Assembly (NCBI GenBank): GCA_977017575.1
Contig: CDRNVI010000063.1
Location: 62,001-126,000 of the forward strand
Direction of reading: 5' to 3'
From: Paramoeba atlantica
Lineage: Eukaryota > Protista > Discosea
DNA: 64,000 nt
Shown in pieces: positions 44,982 to 55,073 of this stretch; positions within the stretch are counted from its first letter, which is position 1, and each line of letters starts with the position of its first letter. The position numbers and the translations under genes were made by a program. A model generated the notes under the pieces. The model made no database searches. It was not told where the DNA came from and saw only the letters and a list, made by a program, of their open reading frames with translations.

Positions 44982-45674
44982 TCACGTAGGATGTTGGACA
45001 TTTAAAAGATCAGAAATTACCAAGATCCAAAAGAATAGTAGAAAATGAAGACACAAAATCAAGTAATATGCTTGTGCAACGCGTGACGTCAATACACTGT
45101 ACCAGAATTTAGGATTTGACATCTGTTCATACAACCCACCAACAGAAAAACTAGGTAGCCATCCAAGCAAAACATTTGCATAATGCACATGACACCAAAC
45201 AGGAAGTGTTAGAAGGCGGGATCTCATAGGACATACATGTACCGGATGCTCTGCCTCTTCCCCGTCACACGAATGAGACAATTGCATTATGCTTTCCTGT
45301 GGATGAGTTACAATGTCAATACGCGTCGAAAACAGTTTTTTGCGTGGCGTCTCATACACTTTGCGGAACATACGCTCACGTTGATGCTTTCTCAAAGTAG
45401 AAGTAAAGCTGCGAAGCCACCAACGTGGTCCTGGAAACCTACAAGGTGCCAAGCTCTGTGATTCAGCCTCGGTAAGAAAAATATTGGCCTCTGCTCGGGA
45501 TATAGAACGTGATGGCGTGATTGCACTCTCACGAGGAAGATCCGGGATTTCGGCCAAATCCTCGGTTGTATGACTCGGTGCCAGCTGCCTATGGTAAAAA
45601 CAACTTTCATCAAAAACAGGAAACACGCGAAGCGGACCCGGTCGGCGAAACGAGTCTTTGTGCATAGTTGGCAT
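44982..45674 (-). CDS. Hypothetical protein with C-terminal hydrophobic (transmembrane) segment
   Basis: ORF on the cluster strand ending YYLILCLHFLLFFWILVISDLL. Confidence 0.5.
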   Translation of the reverse strand: MPTMHKDSFRRPGPLRVFPVFDESCFYHRQLAPSHTTEDLAEIPDLPRESAITPSRSISRAEANIFLTEAESQSLAPCRFPGPRWWLRSFTSTLRKHQRERMFRKVYETPRKKLFSTRIDIVTHPQESIMQLSHSCDGEEAEHPVHVCPMRSRLLTLPVWCHVHYANVLLGWLPSFSVGGLYEQMSNPKFWYSVLTSRVAQAYYLILCLHFLLFFWILVISDLLNVQHPT

Positions 45675-46162
45675 AGACAATGTGTAAATTGCATACACAA
45701 GGTAAAAAACGATATATTTTCGCTGGTCAAAGCTGAAGAAAAGTGGTAGTTTCTTCTCTGCTTTTTTTAAAATACAAAGCAACATAATCCCCCTGCCAAA
45801 ATGTAGTGTATTTCACCTTGCAAAAATAAGCGAAAGATACTTTTTGTATTAATTAATTGAGTATTGTATTAAATTAATTGAGTGGCGAAAAATAAGATTA
45901 GCAAGTATAATTTACACATACACTTGTTCAGTTACGTATAATGTAGTTCCACTCTCCAGTTGTTTTATTTATTGGACGATGTTTTTCAGCAGGGTTAACA
46001 TCTCAGTTTTTACTACCCCGCCACACTGTGAGACGTATTGATGTATCAAAAGCTTAATCTCTGTATAATGATTCATTTTGCGTTTCGACCTTAGCACAAC
46101 CGCATAGCACACTGGTTTAACTTTAAAAATTAATCAACACATGATATTCATCCATGGATCAC

Positions 46163-46930
46163 TCACGTCCCATTTCTTCTATAACATTCGCTAGGGGAAA
46201 CATGCCATCCGTGATCTGGGGCCAATACCTCGCATGTGTTACCTTTCACGTTGAAACGTTGCAGCGTATTCGGTACGTGACGAAAATCCAACACACCCGT
46301 AAAATGATTCTGGTACAAAAAAAGGGTTTGAATTCCCTCCCTCATTTTCGTAACGTCGACCAAACCTAAAAGAGAATTTTGGTCCAGCGCAAGAGCACTT
46401 AAGGTAGAGGGCAATGAGGAGAGATCGATGTTTCCAGTAAAAAGGTTTCTACCCAGATCAAGCTCAACCAGACCCTCCGGTAACGCACTGAGGTCGAGTG
46501 TTCCGTTCATTCGGTTGGACCTTATGTCCAAGGACTCCAATTTTGGTGGAATATCGTCAAAATTAAGACTACCAGATAGATGATTCCATTCAACACATAT
46601 TTTCGTAGTCCCACGAGGGAACCAAGACAGATCGAAGGAGCACGATAGAGAACAGTCTGTTATGTGAACATCACGTATTGTTTCGGGCAACTCGAACCAC
46701 TCCACATTTAATAGATCTTCGTATTGATACTCTATAGTGCGGACTACGCCATCCTCATCGCAGCCTATTCCTTTCCAATGACGCAATGGACGGGATTCAG
46801 AAATGTCCAGCGTTTTACAATTTTTAGTTCCCAGAAAACGAGAAAGCTGCACCTCAGGTGGTAAAATATGACGCTTTACTTTTGCGGGAACTAATCTCGT
46901 CTGTTCAGGATCTTCGCAAAGTGTTTTCAT
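46163..46930 (-). CDS. Leucine-rich repeat protein, member 8
   Basis: LPPEVQLSRF..HWKGIGC then LDLSALPEGLVELDLGRNLFTG repeats. Confidence 0.85.
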   Translation of the reverse strand: MKTLCEDPEQTRLVPAKVKRHILPPEVQLSRFLGTKNCKTLDISESRPLRHWKGIGCDEDGVVRTIEYQYEDLLNVEWFELPETIRDVHITDCSLSCSFDLSWFPRGTTKICVEWNHLSGSLNFDDIPPKLESLDIRSNRMNGTLDLSALPEGLVELDLGRNLFTGNIDLSSLPSTLSALALDQNSLLGLVDVTKMREGIQTLFLYQNHFTGVLDFRHVPNTLQRFNVKGNTCEVLAPDHGWHVSPSECYRRNGT

Positions 46931-47576
46931 TATTTAATATGCAGTTCTAATGTATAGTTTTGTTCATGAAATCTTTGCTGCAAGCATCTGGTAGCTCACT
47001 AAATGCTAAAGATGGAAACGCGTAGACACTACTTATTCCCAAAGTCATATCCACAAAAGAAATAGGGGATACTGGTATTACCTCATATTGTACGATACCT
47101 GATGCAAGAAACAAGGGATTCCTATTCACATTAGATTGCATTTATACATTCATTTTCCAATCGTATGCCACTACACCTTATAATATAACTAATAATAGCT
47201 TATAATACTAATAATAGCTTATAATATAGCTATAGCATACATGCACGGCCTTACATTTACATGAACGGTACATGTTTGTAGGAAAAATACGTTCTATGGT
47301 ACACGCGTCTCACTGCGCATCATCAGTGTGAAAGGTACTAACTCCGAGTGTATGCACAAAAAAATGAAAGCAGCAAGGTTAGTTATTTGTTCTTTAACTC
47401 CTTTTTCGACCCAGAATCAATAAGCAACAGTGTCACTTACTAGCAGTTTGTTAGTATTGTGAGAAGGATGTCCTTCAAGATTTAAACGAGCAAATAAAAG
47501 AACCTCCAATAATACCTTACGTATTAATAAACACATAAGAATAAAAGTCGTGTTTTTTCCATGTTCGCTCACCCGT

Positions 47577-48314
47577 TCATTGACCCCCTGCTCTTAGAAC
47601 CTCCCACTCATTTTCCTTTGAATAAAAGCTCACAAGACTGTTCGGACGGTTGCGCATGTCCGCAATCCCGGTAAACCGGTTTGCATTCATCAACAACACC
47701 CGAATGCCCTCCTGAAGCGCCGTGAGGTCCACCCCCCCCTCCAGCTGGTTGTTCGAGAGATCGAGTTTCAGCAAGGATCCCGGAAGCGTGCGCAAATCCA
47801 CGCCCCCGGAAAACGCATTCCCACTCAGCGATAGGATCTCTAAATGCTGCGGCAGCGCGGTGAGATCGAGGGTCCCGGAAAATGCGTTGTTTCGCAAATC
47901 CCAGTGACGGATCTCTGCGGGAAGGTTTTCCAGTGCCAGCGGACCGCTGAGGTGGTTGTCCCGTCCCGAGACATAACGCAGGGAATTGGGCAACACCTCG
48001 GTCGCGAGTGTGCCATGGAGAGCGTTATCCTTGAAATGGAGCCGGGTAAGCCCCATGGGGGTGTGTTCCCACAACAACGACCCCTCGTAGCTCCCGTCCG
48101 GGATGTACTCCTGGCCACTCCACTTGAGTTCGGTGATGTGGCCGGAGTCGTCGCAGTGGACGCCGAACCACTCACAGCCCGGGGTGGCCTCAGTCCACGT
48201 GGAGTCGGGATTGATAATTTGAGCAGTGAATCGCGCGAGTTGGTGTTCGAGGGGGAGGTTGTGGAAATCCACACGGGCCCGACGGACGTTGGAGTGATCC
48301 GCGGCCCGTATCAT
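47577..48314 (-). CDS. Leucine-rich repeat protein, member 9 (GC-rich)
   Basis: LPLEHQLARF..NPDSTW..GCEWFGVHC plus LRRs. Confidence 0.85.
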   Translation of the reverse strand: MIRAADHSNVRRARVDFHNLPLEHQLARFTAQIINPDSTWTEATPGCEWFGVHCDDSGHITELKWSGQEYIPDGSYEGSLLWEHTPMGLTRLHFKDNALHGTLATEVLPNSLRYVSGRDNHLSGPLALENLPAEIRHWDLRNNAFSGTLDLTALPQHLEILSLSGNAFSGGVDLRTLPGSLLKLDLSNNQLEGGVDLTALQEGIRVLLMNANRFTGIADMRNRPNSLVSFYSKENEWEVLRAGGQ

Positions 48315-49243
48315 TGTAGTTTTTGAACGAGGAAAATACGAAATTGATTCAGTGATGTTAGGTGAGCTGGGTACATCTACACTGTCTACTATGTGCTCTA
48401 ATAGGAGTAATTTTGGACAAATAGTCATATAATGTATGAAGAGGGTGTGTGCTTTTCAAAGGCATTCACAAAAGCAGCTTTGTACATGATAAAAAATCGA
48501 CACCACCTTGCGGCTATACTCCCCCCTATCCTAGCGTTGCCCCGGTACGCCCCTATTAGCGTTGCTTTTGAAGATGAATCCTGCCGCGAAGCAGCAGATA
48601 TTTTTTCCCATTCAATTTTCCCCGAAATTATTTTCATCGATTTGCTAATCCCATGTTAATGTCCACATAGCTATAAGTCTAGTAGCTATAAGTCTCATTA
48701 AGTTAAGATCTTCGAATTAGTCACTGTTTTCTTGGCTGCGCTCCTTGAAGTATACCAACACAAGGTTTATCCTCTTCCTCCGATTATCGTATTTTCCTCC
48801 CAGGCTTCATCTCGTGAATCTTCAAGGATTCTATAAGAAGTCAGCAGCACTGTGAATTCCATGGAAAATTTCTGTTACGTCACTATATCTGAATCGGGGT
48901 GGATGAATAAGCAGACTTTTTCTGAACCCTGTGCGACAAAGTCGTGGAAATACATAAAATTTGTGATCAAAAAGGGGTCGAGATAGGCGGACTGCAACTT
49001 TTTAAACCTCCAAAAAGCTACAGCCTTCCTTTCTATTTGTTTTGTCAACATGATTTGACGAAAAAGCACGTTCTTTTGACCCAAAGGATGCGAAGAAATC
49101 TCCATAAAAATGCAATACTCTTCAGCAGGGGAACGAAATCTCTCGTTTGCAACAAAAGTGAGCAAAAACTAAATACAACAAAATACCTAGAAAGGGCAGA
49201 CTACTAAGAAGGAATGTTGAAACATACCACTAGCTTCCTCCGT

Positions 49244-50188
49244 TTACTTTTTTACAAACGGATTATTGCAACGGATTACATGCAAATTTAGAATATCCAA
49301 TTCCGGTTCCTCTAGAAACATTTCAAAGTCCGCGACGTACAAAATCTCATCGTGGTCGCCAATTCCACACTTTTTGCTGTAAACGTACGGCTTCTCGTCT
49401 TTGTCCTGCGTTACGCCATTAGCAGCCGGAGTAAGAGCTCCACGAATGGTACAATTCAGATTACCAGCTTGTGCTCCCTGAAGGATACGCTGAATAAGAT
49501 CTAACCCTGAAACAGATGTTCGTTCGTCTGTTATGTAAGTGTGTTTTTGTGCTGGAAGTAAAAACAGATCATCTGTGTTTTGGGCTAAGCAAGCTGCATT
49601 ATTTTCTAGAGCATTTTGTGGACAAAACTGGTAAGGCTGAATGCCACACGTCGTCGTAGACTGTGAAACCATTTCATTGGGAATTGACCAAAATAAGAAC
49701 CCGGGCGTAGAACACAGTCGATACGCCGATGCATGAATATTGGCTCCTTCTGCTTCTCCACTTGCGGAGTATACGCCAATAATTCGTAGGCCACGTAAGA
49801 GAGAGGCAGATGTGTGATAACTTGCGCTCGGTTGAGAATTCGTCTTTATCTTGCTACTCACCTCCTCACGTATTCCATGTCGTATATTTTGTAGATCGTC
49901 GTCCAAAGCCATGCGGAGTGCTTCGGTCACAACCTCAACCCCCGTGTCAGCAATATGAGTAAATTCAGGATGTGAATGTGTCAAAGGAATCGCGTACGTA
50001 ACCTCTGTGATAGCTTCGTTACCTTCAAAACCGAGTGGCTCTTCACTTTTGTTGGGAGAATCTCGCGGGAGCAGAACATTCGAATTCTTTTCTTTTCCCA
50101 GTAGCAGCCCAACTATGGTTTGAGAAGGATGCTGTATGGCATGTAGCAGTGCGGTCGCGTACGCCTCAGGGTGAACTTCGAAACGCAT
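49244..50188 (-). CDS. EMC8: ER membrane complex subunit EMC8/9 (UPF0172, MPN-like)
   Basis: AYATALLHAIQHPSQTIVGLLLG, VTYAIPLTH, IIGVYSA, LYVADFEMFLEEPELDILN. Confidence 0.75.
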   Translation of the reverse strand: MRFEVHPEAYATALLHAIQHPSQTIVGLLLGKEKNSNVLLPRDSPNKSEEPLGFEGNEAITEVTYAIPLTHSHPEFTHIADTGVEVVTEALRMALDDDLQNIRHGIREEVSSKIKTNSQPSASYHTSASLLRGLRIIGVYSASGEAEGANIHASAYRLCSTPGFLFWSIPNEMVSQSTTTCGIQPYQFCPQNALENNAACLAQNTDDLFLLPAQKHTYITDERTSVSGLDLIQRILQGAQAGNLNCTIRGALTPAANGVTQDKDEKPYVYSKKCGIGDHDEILYVADFEMFLEEPELDILNLHVIRCNNPFVKK

Positions 50189-50476
50189 CAGCCAAAGAGT
50201 TCGATTTCAAAGCAGTTCCGAGAATTCATCCGCATATCAAATAATAAATAAAGTTTCACTTAATTTTGGAAGGTGGAAAACGATCAACACTGATGCGGAG
50301 CAAGCGTATTTTTTAAAAAGTAAATTTTACTGACACTTATAACTTAATTAATTAAACACATCGTATATTTGAACATGAGGTAGACTTAGCATAGAAAAAC
50401 CAAAGTCCAAAACATTCCCTACACAACGCGATTCCATACTGTCGAACAAGAAACGTCATCACATGGGCCCTTGGGA

Positions 50477-53400
50477 CTACTTCGCCCTCCTGAAACATTG
50501 AGACTCTACCTCGCGACCCATCTGGTTTTCCGACTCATCCCATATTAACACGTCGCGCATCCTATCTTCCAAGTCGCTGTCACATGAAATCACTTCGACT
50601 GCGCCATCTTTGTATACATCTCCTTGTTTCCGGTTCAGGTAATAAGATTTGAGTCGTAAGGGTAGCCTAGTGAAAGGTACCTCCATGCACATCATCAACT
50701 CATGCCGGGAAATGTTGATCAGTTTCTCAACCATTGGCAGTGTGATTTCATCACTCCGAAAAAATCCTGATCGAAGTAAGTCAAAAAGCAATCGCACAAC
50801 TCTTTTGTCGTAAAAGAACTTGTAATCTCTTGAAAATAAAGTTCCGCGTGATCCAAGATGAGTGGTGACATTCTCACAAAGTTCCTCAACATTTTTTCTA
50901 GACGGACCCATTGTTGCAAGAAGAGAATCTTGGTCTGATGATGCGCTCGAGGAGCCTGCAACGTACGTCATGCAGAAATATAGCGGGTCTTGAATCGCTT
51001 CCAGATCTAAGGTTAATGCGTGACATAGAGTAAACAACCCATCCCCCGATTCATAAATGGAGTGACCTTCATGCGAAAAGCATTGACCTTGAACATGTTG
51101 GAGAACCTGGACAGCCGAAAATTGATTTTCAGGAGATACTTCTTGTGCCTTATTCGCTGTGGAATGGCCAGAGTCCTGGTTTTCATTCAGATGATCGAGA
51201 AATTCCTTAATAAGAGACCCATTCCGTTTTTCTTTAGCACGTCTCCTGGCGACGTTCTTTTTTCTGAATTTTAATGGAACATGCTCGTGTGCTATGGAAA
51301 ACAAATCGGACCCCAAAGTGGACTTTGAGGAATCATCCACGACGCACGACGTGTTGTTTCTAGGGGAAGGACCATCTGTGGAAACAGAAGATCTACTTGG
51401 ATCGACAAGGTTGACTTCCCGTATTAGCTGCTGTTTCCGGTATCCGTTCTTCAATTCATCCTTCTCAGCTTCCCCTCTTCGGGGGAGTGGGACTGGAAAA
51501 GAAATCGCAGCGCGGATGTCGCTCTCGTACTCAGATATACTCCAGAACAGGTGTAGTGGTAGCATTTCATGCATGAGGGATCGTCTACGTTGTCGGAGTC
51601 TAGGGAAAATGTTTGTAAGCCTTGACGCAGCTTTTTCAAGAAACTCTCGATGCAGAGCATCAATACAGTTGTAGACCACATTGCGTGTGGTCCAGTAGTT
51701 TCGTCCCAAAAGAATGCGTAGTAGATTACGATACAATGTAGAAGTAATGCGTACAGCAGGATGGCCCAGTGTACAGTCAGCAAAAGCTGCTACGGAACGC
51801 AAGATAACAGGATTGCCCAAATGATGGTTAAGAAATGCACGGTCACAGCACGTGCCGCTTGACATTCTATTAGCACGACATTCACTTGAAAGAGATGTCA
51901 CGCAGCTGCATGTAGAGGAATGATATACTAAACTTCGCGTACTGTACACCTGGAGAAGTGAAGCTAGCGCAGCAACTCGTTTCCTCCATAGCGCAAAAGA
52001 AAAGATCCAAGTAAAATCATTACCTGGACTTTGGCACGAGAAACTCCTTTCAGTGTCTAGAATACATCTCAACAAAGGATTTGGGAATTTCTCAAAATGC
52101 CCACGAGTGACGCTGTCAGAAATGGCGCTTAAAAAATGGCGCTCATGCGAACGTTCATGTTCAAACATTGCGCTGTGCTCTACGGGGCTGTTTTCACATT
52201 GTAATTCTCGAGCCCTATCCTCCTCTAACGGGCAAATCCGAAACGTAAAATCAACATGCTCCCGTCGCCGCCCCAATACATGAACACTCCTATGATACTC
52301 CCTTCGATCCACCAAACTACACCTTCGATTCTCACCGACGGCATAATACCCCCGGAACACATACAAAATCTCCGGACGTAATCTCTCCACCACCCTCTCC
52401 ATCTCCCCCACCACACCTTCCTCACACCTCCACACCCCTTCCTTCTTCTTCTTCTTCTTCCCCTCCTCCTCCATCGTTACCCCCCCATCTCCCTCCCCGG
52501 TTCCCCCCTCCACTACCGTACACACGGTAGTACCCTCACCACCCCCGTTACACCCCACAGGGGTACTCCCCCCCTTCTCCCCCCCCCTGCACCCCCCCTC
52601 TCCCCTCCCCCGCGCCCCAAACAGCCCCACGTAGTAGCGCACCACGTTCCGGGCGGGGGTACGGCCCCCGGCCGCGAGACGCCGCAGCTCCGGGTCCCCT
52701 CCCCCGACCCGCCGCCACAGCACGGCACACACCAGTGCCCGGCGCAGCGTGGAGGTACGGGGGAGACGCAGCCAGGGGAGGGCGGAGTACGGGGCCGGGA
52801 GCCACCGGGTAACGACAGCCCGTCGTGGAGCCCCGCGGGGAGTCGTAGTCGTAGTACTACTACGGCTACTCCTACTCCTACTACGGGTCGTATTCCGATG
52901 GGGTGGTTTACGACGTGTACTTGTGAGGGGCTGACCCTTTGTACTCGTTTTCGTACTTGGAGTACTTGGAGTACATGTACTTGTGTGGGGCTGACGCTTT
53001 GTACTCGTTTTCGTACTTGGAGTACTTGTACTTGTGTATTGGTTACTCGTGCGAGTACATGTGAGTGGGTTACTCGCACGAGTACGCGTGTGTGATTCGC
53101 GCGTAGGACTCGGATGTTGTTTTCTGTTATTTGTACTCGTGAGTTGTTGAGTAGGCGCACTTGTGCGTTGTTGCGTACGCGTACTTGTGAGTTCTTTACT
53201 AAATTTATTTGGTGGACTATTGTGGGGTTTACTACTACTTGTAGGCGTATGGTGTGGTTTACTCGTAAGGAGGGGAGTAGTGGGAGTGGTAGTAGGAATG
53301 GATGAGGAGCCGTGTGATGGGGGTGGGGAGGGGGAGGGGGTAGGGGAGGAGGGAGGGGAGATGTGGGGGTTTGTTTCTTTTGGATGGGGAGATGTGCTTT

Positions 53401-53917
53401 GTAGTGTGGAGGCAGAGGAGGGGGGAGAAGAGAAACGTTTGTCCGAAGGTTTCGGTGATTCCGTACTATCTTCACATGCGATGTCCGTGGAAGAGCTGTC
53501 GTTGGAGAAGGAGGAGGCAAGAAAATCACGACTGGTGGCGTCGCTGAAGGTTTCGGGATTGGAATTGGTAAAATAGTCCAGTGTGAGTTCGTGGGATTTT
53601 CCGCTGATTAAACTGTCGGTATGGTGAGTGACGACCTCGTGATCATGGGGATCGCTAGGATTTCGTTCGCGTTGGTATGTTGGTGAGGAAAGAGGGGAAG
53701 ATAATTCCTCCGACGTTTGCACAGGATAATGATTAGAACGTAAGGCTTGAGATAACAGAGAGGTTATGTCATGAGACAGTGGTATGATAAACTCGGGAAA
53801 TAGCGTACGCTCACAAACGTCTCGAACAAGTGACATGAATTCCACTCGTAAGGACTCATCTTGTTGTGACGCCGTAGTCTTGGCGCTGAAGAGATGGGTC
53901 AATCGAGAGTTCTGCAT
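50477..53917 (-). CDS. Large hypothetical protein with S/T/P-rich low-complexity insert
   Basis: 1146-codon ORF on the cluster strand; 60-bp internal duplication near 52927/52987; no family recognised. Confidence 0.7.
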   Translation of the reverse strand: MQNSRLTHLFSAKTTASQQDESLRVEFMSLVRDVCERTLFPEFIIPLSHDITSLLSQALRSNHYPVQTSEELSSPLSSPTYQRERNPSDPHDHEVVTHHTDSLISGKSHELTLDYFTNSNPETFSDATSRDFLASSFSNDSSSTDIACEDSTESPKPSDKRFSSPPSSASTLQSTSPHPKETNPHISPPSSPTPSPSPPPSHGSSSIPTTTPTTPLLTSKPHHTPTSSSKPHNSPPNKFSKELTSTRTQQRTSAPTQQLTSTNNRKQHPSPTRESHTRTRASNPLTCTRTSNQYTSTSTPSTKTSTKRQPHTSTCTPSTPSTKTSTKGQPLTSTRRKPPHRNTTRSRSRSSRSSTTTTTPRGAPRRAVVTRWLPAPYSALPWLRLPRTSTLRRALVCAVLWRRVGGGDPELRRLAAGGRTPARNVVRYYVGLFGARGRGEGGCRGGEKGGSTPVGCNGGGEGTTVCTVVEGGTGEGDGGVTMEEEGKKKKKKEGVWRCEEGVVGEMERVVERLRPEILYVFRGYYAVGENRRCSLVDRREYHRSVHVLGRRREHVDFTFRICPLEEDRARELQCENSPVEHSAMFEHERSHERHFLSAISDSVTRGHFEKFPNPLLRCILDTERSFSCQSPGNDFTWIFSFALWRKRVAALASLLQVYSTRSLVYHSSTCSCVTSLSSECRANRMSSGTCCDRAFLNHHLGNPVILRSVAAFADCTLGHPAVRITSTLYRNLLRILLGRNYWTTRNVVYNCIDALHREFLEKAASRLTNIFPRLRQRRRSLMHEMLPLHLFWSISEYESDIRAAISFPVPLPRRGEAEKDELKNGYRKQQLIREVNLVDPSRSSVSTDGPSPRNNTSCVVDDSSKSTLGSDLFSIAHEHVPLKFRKKNVARRRAKEKRNGSLIKEFLDHLNENQDSGHSTANKAQEVSPENQFSAVQVLQHVQGQCFSHEGHSIYESGDGLFTLCHALTLDLEAIQDPLYFCMTYVAGSSSASSDQDSLLATMGPSRKNVEELCENVTTHLGSRGTLFSRDYKFFYDKRVVRLLFDLLRSGFFRSDEITLPMVEKLINISRHELMMCMEVPFTRLPLRLKSYYLNRKQGDVYKDGAVEVISCDSDLEDRMRDVLIWDESENQMGREVESQCFRRAK

Positions 53918-54128
53918 TTACGGGTACTTGTACCGCGCGCAACCAAGTATGCTGCAAAATATTACAAAAAACTACACGCCAGAGCATGGAAACAACGCAT
54001 ATCTTGCACAAGCAGCAGACAGGTCAACATGTTAGGTATCGGAGTTACGAAAAATATGATTTTCGTATTTTAATATTACCAATCTTACATTGCAGAGCCC
54101 TTTTCAATTTAGCATAATCAATACCACT

Positions 54129-54196
54129 CGGTGGTTGTATAACTACCGCTCTACCCTCGTTTATTGAAAAAAAAGTGAATAAAAAAAAGAGGAACA
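54129..54196 (-). mobile_element. 3'-end fragment of the hairpin-ended element (copy H)
   Basis: CGGTGGTTGTATAACTACCGCTCTACCCTCG plus A-rich tract. Confidence 0.75.
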
Positions 54197-54427
54197 TGTT
54201 ATTGTGCCTCCACCCCGGGTTAAACAAATCCGGAAAAACAGCCCTATGAGTGGGGGGCATAGTACCCCACATAGTACCCCGCGGTACTATGTGGGGGTCA
54301 CAATAATAATACTAAATGTTGTTTTGTTTATACTGCTGCAATCGACTCTTATTGAATAGCAGGGAAGAAGGGAACAGTAGTAATTTTTGGCCATATTTTT
54401 GGCTTAAACTCTAGGTTTATAACCGTG

Positions 54428-55037
54428 TCATGTCATCTGAATGCGTGTCATTAGAAGGCTAATCGTTATCAATGAAGCAGGCAGATCGTCTGCACGGATC
54501 ATTCCTGATATATCATTACCTTGTAAGTAAAGTCGCTCAATATTGGGAGGCAATACGCCAAATTGTTTGAAATGCGTTACTAGTAAAAACTTGAAATGCG
54601 TTGTATGCGACCGTAAGGTACAACAAAGATTGTGGCAAGTGCCCCAGATCAAGAGAACCAGAAAACTTATTATGGTCAAGATAGGCATATTCTAATACAG
54701 ATGGAAAATAGTTAAATTCAAGCTCCCCAGAAAGCTCGTTGTCCAAGCGAACGTATCTTCCCAAATCAATTATAGTAAGAGATGGCGGAAGAAATCGCCA
54801 TAAAAGGTTCCCTTTCAATCTGAGTCCCGCCCACTGAAGTCTTTCTACTCGATTTTGAAAGCACACTACGCCAAACCACGAACATCCCGGGGTTTGCGTG
54901 CTCCAAGAATATGGGGGATTTGAAATGTTGTCTATAAACTGAGAGAATTCGTATTCTACTGGTAATATGGTTCCACGAATTCGCCTTGCCGAAACGGAGC
55001 TCAAACTTCCCACCTCTGAACAATGACACTCATACAT
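54428..55037 (-). pseudogene. LRR family member 10, frameshifted
   Basis: LPVEYEFSQF..NPPYSW..GCSWFGVVC; LRRs continue in another frame after a TTGAAATGCGTT duplication near 54568-54602. Confidence 0.75.
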
Positions 55038-55073
55038 TTTATTGTAGATAAAACCCATCTTACAAATGAAATA

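Noticed and set aside
48432-49207. Short ORFs on both strands between an LRR gene and EMC8
   Set aside because: No recognisable domain and frequent stops.
52513-53529. 338-codon alternative-frame ORF inside the large hypothetical gene
   Set aside because: A low-complexity GTAC-rich stretch keeps frames open; no independent coding signal.
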